A DNA stretch of 10,810 nucleotides from Promethearchaeati archaeon (lineage in GTDB: Archaea; Asgardarchaeota; Heimdallarchaeia; JABLTI01): positions 1 to 10,810 of the forward strand of contig JABLTI010000130.1 of the NCBI GenBank assembly GCA_013166835.1, read 5' to 3'. The notes beneath the pieces are model-generated. The model worked only from the letters and a program-made list of their open reading frames with translations. It ran no database searches and was not told the origin of the DNA. Shown here one piece after another: positions 1 through 6,404 of this stretch. Positions within the stretch are counted from its first letter, which is position 1. The number at the start of each line of letters is the position of its first letter. The translations under genes were made by a program, and so were the position numbers.

Positions 1-330
1 TGGTAAAATGGAAACTACATTATCCCCTGGTTCAACAAAACTGTAGAATGTTAAGAAATTAGCCCCAATTGCTCCTCCACAAACTAAAATATTATCCTCT
101 TTCATTGTCTTGTATTGATTTGCAATTCCCTTTCTTAATTCAGGGGATCCTTCGATGTACCCATAGGTTAACTGTTTCTTTTTGAATTCATCAAAAAAAT
201 CTTCTCTATCCATTAGTGCTAGAAATTCCTCAAGGGTAAATGGATTAACACATGTTTCTGCGAGATTCAATTCTACATGATGTTCATATTTATTCATAAA
301 ATGCTCTACAAGAAATGGATCTACTTTCAT
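1..330 (-). CDS. PLP-dependent aminotransferase class I/II, N-terminal 110 aa (runs off the left edge)
   Basis: Not in the ORF track. Manual translation from ATG at 330: MKVDPFLVEHFMNKYEHHVELNLAETCVNPFTLEEFL...LTYGYIEGSPELRKGIANQY...NILVCGGAIGANFLTFYSFVEPGDNVVSILP. The 'Y...GSPELRxxIA' and 'xLVxxGAxxA...PGDxV' motifs match class I/II aminotransferases. TGGAG lies upstream. Confidence 0.9.
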   Translation of the reverse strand, partial: MKVDPFLVEHFMNKYEHHVELNLAETCVNPFTLEEFLALMDREDFFDEFKKKQLTYGYIEGSPELRKGIANQYKTMKEDNILVCGGAIGANFLTFYSFVEPGDNVVSILP

Positions 331-375
331 TAATCTCAAACTCCAGTGAAACAAATGTTTCCTACTTAAAATAAT

Positions 376-939
376 TTACCAAGGCATGTTATAATCCAAA
401 GAAAACATTCGATCAATCCATTCCATGGTATTTTCATCGTATTCGGGTCTTGCTCCTTTAGTAGGATCTTCTTTTCGCAATTTGGCTATCAATTCAGAAA
501 AATCATTCACAGCTACTATTTCTCCATCTCTAAACTGGAATTCAATGACAGTTTCATACGAAATAGGACGTTGGAAACCCATATGAACATACATCTCATC
601 GATGAAATCCTTACCAAGTAAAATGAAGCCATTAAACTTAATTGGGAGATTCAAATCATAATATGCAAAATTAAAGGAAAATATTCTCTTCTCTTTTATT
701 GGAGCTTTACCATTTATTTTGGCTAATTTTTTTTCCTGCGATCTAAGTACTAACCCATTCAGAATTATTTGCTTGTTAGTTATAACATATGTTGCTACAA
801 ATCCCCTATAACAAGCTGTAGAAGCCATTACAGGATAGATACCATAGTCTTCTGGATTGAAAAGATTAGAACCTTTAAGACCAATCAATACAAAACTATC
901 ACCTTTGTAAAGAAATTGATCTGGCATTTGAGCAGTCAT
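376..939 (-). CDS. Hypothetical protein (about 187 aa, begins MTAQMPDQFLYKG)
   Basis: The ORF track gives 376..948 from a TTG. The ATG at 939 (MTAQ...) is the more likely start. Globular composition with an 'STACYRGFVATY' motif; no function recognised. Confidence 0.8.
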   Translation of the reverse strand: MTAQMPDQFLYKGDSFVLIGLKGSNLFNPEDYGIYPVMASTACYRGFVATYVITNKQIILNGLVLRSQEKKLAKINGKAPIKEKRIFSFNFAYYDLNLPIKFNGFILLGKDFIDEMYVHMGFQRPISYETVIEFQFRDGEIVAVNDFSELIAKLRKEDPTKGARPEYDENTMEWIDRMFSLDYNMPW

Positions 940-997
940 TTGAATCAATACTGAATTTCGCTTTTTACTATTTGAACATTATTAAAATGAAAACTAG

Positions 998-1025
998 TGG
1001 ACGAGGTTAGGTTATACCTCGTCCA
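998..1025. repeat. Perfect 10-bp GC-rich inverted repeat (hairpin); possible terminator/attenuator stem on the minus strand
   Basis: TGGACGAGGT (998-1007) / 8-nt loop / ACCTCGTCCA (1016-1025). On the minus strand it is followed by CTAGTTTTCATTTT. Confidence 0.75.
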
Positions 1026-1145
1026 ATCATCCTTTTCTCTTGGGAAAAAGACTAAAAAATTAGTTTTGAGACCATGTTCGAGTTGAAGATTTTAAAACAA
1101 GATCTTTCTAGTCATCTCCCTTATTGAAAACAAGGTTATTTTCTT

Positions 1146-1160
1146 TTTAATAATTTTCCG
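1146..1160 (-). promoter_or_regulatory. Putative archaeal BRE + TATA promoter firing leftward, predicted TSS near 1122
   Basis: Minus strand reads CGGAAAA-TTATTAAA, closely resembling CGGAA-GTATTAAA (4941-4929) and CAAAAAA-TTATTAAC (10225-10211) upstream of other minus-strand genes in this window. Confidence 0.5.
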
Positions 1161-1239
1161 TATAAATTAACAGAATTTGTGGATTCTTCATTAAGAATAG
1201 TTTTTTAGGAGGATGAAATATCGATTATAAGATGTTAAA

Positions 1240-1794
1240 ATGAAAACCTTAGTACTTTATTATAGTCTTTCAAGCAGAACAAAAACAGTTGCTGAAGCAA
1301 TTTATGCAGTAGCAGAAAAAGAGTATGATGCTGAATTAAGTGAATTAAAGGATTTTACTGGAGATCAATTGGATAATTATGATTTAGTTTTCGTTGGTGC
1401 TCCATGTCATGATTCAGATATAGCGAAACCCATTAAGCAATTATTAGAGAATATTCCTGAAAAACCACAATTTAAACTAGCTTGTTTTGTTACTCATTCA
1501 TGTAGTCCTCCAGAGAAAAGTGATTACATGGCAGGTTTATTTGAAACATGGGTAGGGAAATGCACTAAAACACTAGATGAAGTCACTTCAAGTAAGGGTA
1601 TAAATTATGTAGGTTATTTCAGATGTATGGGAGCTCCATCACCAGCTATTGAGAATTTTATTCACACTTCTATTATTACTGATGAGAAAGAATTCCAGGA
1701 ATATGTTGAAGATGCAAGAAAGCATCCTGATGAACTAGATATTAAGAATGCTCAAGAATTTGCTGAAAATATATTTAAGAATTTTTCCCTTTAG
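1240..1794 (+). CDS. Flavodoxin-fold protein
   Basis: MKTLVLYYSLSSRTKTVAEAI resembles the flavodoxin N-terminal strand/FMN phosphate loop. Also has 'YDLVFVGAP' and 'KLACFVTH'. A T8 tract follows the stop. Confidence 0.85.
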   Translation: MKTLVLYYSLSSRTKTVAEAIYAVAEKEYDAELSELKDFTGDQLDNYDLVFVGAPCHDSDIAKPIKQLLENIPEKPQFKLACFVTHSCSPPEKSDYMAGLFETWVGKCTKTLDEVTSSKGINYVGYFRCMGAPSPAIENFIHTSIITDEKEFQEYVEDARKHPDELDIKNAQEFAENIFKNFSL

Positions 1795-1868
1795 TTTTTT
1801 TTAGGAAATATCTAAAAACAACAAAATACTATCAACTACATTATTATTTAATTGTGGACGATTTCAAA

Positions 1869-2420
1869 ATGGAAGGATATGTGAAAAGAAAACGCCGAAT
1901 TGAAGGACCCATTGGTACATGGTCGTTCTTAATTTTCTGGTGGTTCTTTTTTGGAATAATTGGTATTTTAGTTGCCCATTGGTTTGATTTCTTTGCCGAT
2001 TGGTGGATAACCTTTGTTGGAGGAATATTACTAATTGGAGCAATAGCAGAAACTATTAGATTTACTGCTATGAAACAAGGAAAGAGAAAACGACTTGAGT
2101 CCCTAATTGGTTCTTGGTCATTTTTCTTGTTCTTTATATTGTTGTTTTTTGTAGTTGGAATTTTACTCGCAGGCTGGTGGTACTATGATGCTTGGTGGGT
2201 ATGGCTAATTATTGGTCTATCTTTTATGGGTGCTGTCTCATCTACGATTAGATTCTTTGTTTACAGAGAAATTGAACCTATTGTAACAGAAGTAACAGCA
2301 AGTGTTCAAGTAGAAGAAATACCTGAACCAGTTAAGACTACTAAATTCTGTCAATCATGTGGTCAAAAGGTTGAAGGAACTGAGAAGTTCTGTGCAAACT
2401 GCGGAGCACCAATAAAATAA
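1869..2420 (+). CDS. Membrane protein (about 4 TM, two Trp-rich internal repeats) with C-terminal zinc ribbon
   Basis: Hydrophobic Trp/Phe-rich segments and a C-terminal FCQSCG...FCANCG double CxxC. The track start is GTG 1854; ATG 1869 is an alternative and is used here. Confidence 0.85.
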   Translation: MEGYVKRKRRIEGPIGTWSFLIFWWFFFGIIGILVAHWFDFFADWWITFVGGILLIGAIAETIRFTAMKQGKRKRLESLIGSWSFFLFFILLFFVVGILLAGWWYYDAWWVWLIIGLSFMGAVSSTIRFFVYREIEPIVTEVTASVQVEEIPEPVKTTKFCQSCGQKVEGTEKFCANCGAPIK

Positions 2421-2445
2421 GATAGAACAAATAATTCATGTAAAA

Positions 2446-3138
2446 ATGGAGATAAAAATTAAAATGAGTGATAAAACAGAAACACGAATTGGAAAACATC
2501 CGCTAGAAGAAGTAAGCTTCTTTGGAGTATATACGAAAGGACGAACATATCTAAACATCCTTTATATGTTACTGCTAATGCCTTTAGGAATATTTTTCTT
2601 CACTTATGCAGTGACTTTATTCTCTACTGCTGTTGGACTTTTGGTCACTTTTATTGGTATATTCTTGTTGTATTTCTTTTTCCTCAGCTTACCATATTTT
2701 ATGATATTACAGGGATGGCTAATGAAAATATCAACTGGAATTGAACTTCCTAAACATAAATTTACTTTTGATGAAAACAGAACATTTTTGCAAAAATCAA
2801 TGGATGCCTTAAAAAACAAAGCTATCTGGAAAACATTTTTCTATTTCATATTCTTTGCAATGCCCTTAGGGATTGTTACATTTACTCTTGCAGTGACACT
2901 ACTATCCGTAGGTATAAGCTTAACTTTTGTTTGGCTTTGGCCATTAATTCAGTTTGCAGTCGTAGGATCCGTTTTAACCGAACCATGGGTCGTTACAAAC
3001 GCTGTTAGGATAATCGTTATAGTTGGATGGGTTATTACTCCATTCATTGGTTTCCCCCTTCTAACAGGAAGTTTACATTTAATTAATCGATTAGCCATTT
3101 GGCATGGACGACTTGTTGTCAAAATACTTGAACCATAG
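2446..3138 (+). CDS. Putative 'sensor' domain membrane protein (PF13796-like), no kinase domain
   Basis: TYLNILYMLLLMPLGIFFFTYAVTL...GIFLL and a second AIWKTFFYFIFFAMPLGIVTFTLAVTLL copy resemble the 4-TM putative sensor family. The start may be ATG 2464 (MSDK). It lies 25 nt downstream of the previous gene, so is probably co-transcribed. Confidence 0.75.
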   Translation: MEIKIKMSDKTETRIGKHPLEEVSFFGVYTKGRTYLNILYMLLLMPLGIFFFTYAVTLFSTAVGLLVTFIGIFLLYFFFLSLPYFMILQGWLMKISTGIELPKHKFTFDENRTFLQKSMDALKNKAIWKTFFYFIFFAMPLGIVTFTLAVTLLSVGISLTFVWLWPLIQFAVVGSVLTEPWVVTNAVRIIVIVGWVITPFIGFPLLTGSLHLINRLAIWHGRLVVKILEP

Positions 3139-3153
3139 TATGGAGAAAAATTA

Positions 3154-3192
3154 TCATCAATGAGTAATCATTGATGAGCTTTTATTTTTTTT
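3154..3192 (+). terminator. Putative hairpin + T-tract terminator, possibly bidirectional, between convergent genes
   Basis: TCATCAATGA-GTAA-TCATTGATGA (3154-3177, perfect 10 bp, GNRA-type loop), then GCTTTTATTTTTTTT. A5 precedes the stem and A8 follows at 3193-3200. Confidence 0.6.
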
Positions 3193-3269
3193 AAAAAAAA
3201 GAAATTATTAAGAGAATAAGTATCTCTTAGATAATTCTATGGAAAAGATAAAGCTGTCTTATTTCAGAT

Positions 3270-3647
3270 TTACTCTTTATCTTTCTTTGCCATCTCTTTA
3301 TCCCATTCTTTCTTAATCTCACTGATAATTTTTTCTGGTATTTTGAACTCTTTCTCTTCTTTTGATTCTCCTTTGAACCAACTGGTAACTTTATCTGGTA
3401 CTTTGAATCCTTTCTTTTCTTCTTCTTTCTTCACTAAGGAAAAGAAGGCAATAGCAACAAATATCATTAAAACAATGTTGAAGACTATCATTGTAGGAAG
3501 TGCTAGTAATATAATAGTTGTTCGATGTGATATCCAAGGACTTGCGAAGTCCCACATATGTAATCCCCAAATTACGAAGAGATTATATGCCACTTGTATT
3601 CCCAACACGATTAAATAAGATATGAATTTAGATATTTTCTTGAACAT
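3270..3647 (-). CDS. Hypothetical membrane protein, 2 TM plus charged C-terminal tail
   Basis: 125-aa ORF with ATG start, two hydrophobic stretches and a K/E-rich tail containing a 20-aa duplication. Confidence 0.75.
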   Translation of the reverse strand: MFKKISKFISYLIVLGIQVAYNLFVIWGLHMWDFASPWISHRTTIILLALPTMIVFNIVLMIFVAIAFFSLVKKEEEKKGFKVPDKVTSWFKGESKEEKEFKIPEKIISEIKKEWDKEMAKKDKE

Positions 3648-3824
3648 TTTTACACACTCGTTTATTTATTTTGATAAATAATAGAATAAGCATACAGTTA
3701 AAACAGTTTCCTCATAGAAAAGCAAATCAAGTAAACATCCAATTGAATTATCAAAGCATTAATTCATAAATTCTCTATAGAAATTCTTTTCTTAAATAAG
3801 TAATCATTTTAACTAGAGATTAGA

Positions 3825-4517
3825 ATGGACAAATTAGAACATATCAAAGTAATTTCTTTTGATGCAGATGGCACACTGTGGGATTTTAAGAAAGTCATGA
3901 AGCATTCCCTGAAATATGTCTTTAAAGCATTACATGAAATCGATCCGGAATCCGCTTCTATGCTTGACATTGACAAAATGATTCAGATTAGAAATAAAGT
4001 CGCTAATGATTTGAAAGGTATAATAATTAATCTAGAAGAAGTAAGGTTATGGGCTTTCCGTGAAACTTTACAAGTAATAAAAAGACCAAACGATGAATTG
4101 GCAAAATATCTCAACGAAATTTATTTGAAGCATCGCTTTGAGGATATTGAGCTTTATGATGATGTTTTACCAACGCTAAATGTTTTGAAGAATAAATATA
4201 CAATAGGAATCCTATCGAACGGGAACAGCTACCCAGAACTTTGTGGATTAGATAATATGTTTCAATTCACCGTTTATTCTCAAGATTTTGGTGTTGAAAA
4301 ACCAGATCCAATAATTTTTGATATTGTTTTAAAGGAAGCTAATTGTACTAAAGAACAAATAATCCATATCGGAGATTCCTTAAGAACTGATATAGCAGGA
4401 GCAAATAATGCTGGAATAAAGTGTGTGTGGATAAATAGAGAACAGGAAGAAAATACCACTAATCAACCAATTAACTATGAAATAACTTCTCTCTCTGAAC
4501 TACTTGATTTCTTATAA
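3825..4517 (+). CDS. HAD-superfamily hydrolase (subfamily IA, YjjG/nucleotidase-like)
   Basis: Motif I FDADGTL, motif II LSNGN, motif III EKPDP, motif IV HIGDSLRTDIAGA. Confidence 0.92.
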   Translation: MDKLEHIKVISFDADGTLWDFKKVMKHSLKYVFKALHEIDPESASMLDIDKMIQIRNKVANDLKGIIINLEEVRLWAFRETLQVIKRPNDELAKYLNEIYLKHRFEDIELYDDVLPTLNVLKNKYTIGILSNGNSYPELCGLDNMFQFTVYSQDFGVEKPDPIIFDIVLKEANCTKEQIIHIGDSLRTDIAGANNAGIKCVWINREQEENTTNQPINYEITSLSELLDFL

Positions 4518-4531
4518 CAGTATGATGTAAG

Positions 4532-4876
4532 CTATAATTTAGCTAAGAGAGCTTTCGCCCAAGAACGAACATCATCGTCTGTATCGCTCTTACTTAATTC
4601 TTCAACAACAGGTTTTACATCCTGAGAATCCTGCAATAGTGACTTTAATGCCATGGTGAAACTCTTCGAATGGAGTCTCCTCTGCATTTCTTTGTCTTCT
4701 GCATCGAGAGTATAATCACCCCTTTTGAATTTCTTGGAGCCATATTTACCATAGCATAAATATTCTTCAAAATCTTCTTGTGATTTCTCTAAACAATCTG
4801 TAATAATAGTTCTAACTTTATTTACTTTTAATTTTTCAACCAAAACTTCGGTTTCATTCTTCTCTTGCTCAGTCAT
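4532..4876 (-). CDS. Hypothetical protein with HEAT-like C-terminal helix pair
   Basis: 114-aa ORF with ATG start and upstream AGGAG. C-terminus 'VVEELSKSDTDDDVRSWAKALLAKL' resembles a HEAT/PBS-lyase unit. Confidence 0.7.
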   Translation of the reverse strand: MTEQEKNETEVLVEKLKVNKVRTIITDCLEKSQEDFEEYLCYGKYGSKKFKRGDYTLDAEDKEMQRRLHSKSFTMALKSLLQDSQDVKPVVEELSKSDTDDDVRSWAKALLAKL

Positions 4877-4928
4877 TTAGGACTCCTGCCCCAGGGCAAG
4901 TTTTATTATATTTAGTAGCAATCTCGTT

Positions 4929-4941
4929 TTTAATACTTCCG
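4929..4941 (-). promoter_or_regulatory. Putative BRE + TATA promoter for 4532..4876
   Basis: Minus strand CGGAAGTATTAAA about 55 nt upstream of the ATG. Confidence 0.45.
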
Positions 4942-5200
4942 AATTCAACTTCTGTATTAAATTCTTTTAAAAAAAGAATAGCAAATATTTTCTGCAATAT
5001 TTTTTTGATTTTTTATTCAAAAAATATGGAAAAAAAGACATTCAAGGAATCCCTAGTTATAGTGAGGATGTAGAGGTGAGTAAAGCTTTAGCTTTCAATC
5101 GAAAACTAACAAATGCATTGGATTAGGTATTCTATTTACTTTACTTCTTCATATCGTTCCAATTAATTCAAAGAAAGATAATTTACCAACTAGTGAATAT

Positions 5201-6376
5201 ATGATAAATAATCCCCTGCCAATGTATTTTGCTCCAAGGTTTTTCGTAGAGGATGACATAGTATATGGTATTAATTCAAGAGGGATTATAATAATGAATA
5301 ACAGTGATCCCACAAAACTTGAGCTAATTGGTAAAACAAATGAGGAGTTACATTCTAGGACGTTTCTTACAAAATATAATAATCTGATATTTATGATAAG
5401 GAATGAGCATTACTTTGAAGATGGTCACGAATATTATAGCTCTTTAGAAATATATGATGTAGAAGATTTGTCAGAGCCAAAGCTTCTCGGAGAGTTATTT
5501 TTAGATTATGCAACAAGATATGAGGATCATAAGACTTTTACTTCTCCACATAGTTGTGGAGTAGTTGAAATAGATAATGACATTTATTATTTGTGGCAAG
5601 CAGGAGAATATCTCGTTGCATTTGATTGTAGTTCATTGACTAATCCAATTAAAGTTGAAAATTTTTGGTTCACATCAGAAATGGGTCAATACTATCAAGT
5701 AATGAAAAGGTTTTACATAAAAAATAATTTGTTTATAGTTCCCACAAGAAATGAAAGCTCAACATTTGGTTTTGGTATATTTAATATGACATCACTTCAA
5801 AATTTCAATAAAGTTAGTCAATGGTTTGGTGATGTAAATATTTCAAGAGTAAATGAATTATTTGTTAAGCAGGAAAGATTATACTTGAAAGAATACCCAG
5901 GTGGAGAAGTATTTGATATTAGTAACATAACAGCTCCAACAAGAATCGGTTACATTAATATTTCAAGTTATTATTATCCAACAATTATAGATAACAGCTT
6001 CTTCGTTTCAGCACTTGATGATACAATTGAAATCTATAATTATACAGATATCCATAATATCACAAAAATTTGTTCATATTCAATACCAATTGAGGATTAT
6101 GGAAATTTCTATTTCGAAGGAATGGATGAATCAAAAATCGCAGGAAATAGAATTTATCTACCAAGAGCTAACACAATTTATGAAAATACTACATTACTTA
6201 TTTTAAAATGGAACGAACCAAATAGTTTGGAGTTATTATCTCTTATGGGATTTCCAGATTTCTATAGCAGTAAAAAATTTTCCATTACAATTAAACACCA
6301 CATAGCAAATGGATTAATCTTAACAGTTATTATTTATCAAATAATTATGCTTAGAAAAAAGAAAAAATCTCAATAA
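5201..6376 (+). CDS. Membrane-anchored surface beta-propeller (LVIVD-like repeats); true start probably further upstream (about 5076-5117)
   Basis: Seven blade-end motifs (GIIIMNNSDPTKLELIG; LEIYDVEDLSEPKLLG; LVAFDCSSLTNPIKV; FGIFNMTSLQNFNKV; EVFDISNITAPTRIG; IEIYNYTDIHNITKI; LLILKWNEPNSLELL). C-terminal TM followed by RKKKK. Nine N-x-S/T sequons. Confidence 0.8.
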   Translation: MINNPLPMYFAPRFFVEDDIVYGINSRGIIIMNNSDPTKLELIGKTNEELHSRTFLTKYNNLIFMIRNEHYFEDGHEYYSSLEIYDVEDLSEPKLLGELFLDYATRYEDHKTFTSPHSCGVVEIDNDIYYLWQAGEYLVAFDCSSLTNPIKVENFWFTSEMGQYYQVMKRFYIKNNLFIVPTRNESSTFGFGIFNMTSLQNFNKVSQWFGDVNISRVNELFVKQERLYLKEYPGGEVFDISNITAPTRIGYINISSYYYPTIIDNSFFVSALDDTIEIYNYTDIHNITKICSYSIPIEDYGNFYFEGMDESKIAGNRIYLPRANTIYENTTLLILKWNEPNSLELLSLMGFPDFYSSKKFSITIKHHIANGLILTVIIYQIIMLRKKKKSQ

Positions 6377-6404
6377 AATAATATTGAGTCGTTTGAGAAC
6401 CAAA

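Noticed and set aside
769-954. 61-aa plus-strand ORF in the track
   Set aside because: Antisense shadow of the 376..939 gene, with a non-ATG start and no recognisable motif.
1100-1120. Minus-strand GGAGATG resembling the start of a fluoride riboswitch, and GATGA words resembling C boxes
   Set aside because: No complementary CTCC arm or downstream riboswitch consensus, and no CTGA D boxes nearby.
1074-1127. Plus-strand 17-aa ORF MFELKILKQDLSSHLPY
   Set aside because: No clear promoter or SD support; its length is expected by chance.
2604-2819. 71-aa minus-strand ORF
   Set aside because: Antisense to the sensor-domain gene; no independent support.
3343-3618. 91-aa plus-strand ORF
   Set aside because: Antisense shadow of 3270..3647, which has an ATG start and coherent topology.
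3744-3766. TGAATTA-N9-TAATTCA inverted repeat between divergent genes
   Set aside because: Almost all A/T in a very AT-rich spacer; likely chance.
4960-5027. Homopolymer-based inverted repeats (e.g. TTTTTTGA-N8-TCAAAAAA)
   Set aside because: Low complexity; no evidence of a mobile-element end or target-site duplication.
5026-5073. 15-aa ORF MEKKTFKESLVIVRM
   Set aside because: Ends in TAG, is out of frame with the propeller gene and has no supporting features.
6015-6206. 63-aa plus-strand alternative-frame ORF
   Set aside because: Nested within the propeller gene in another frame; no motif.
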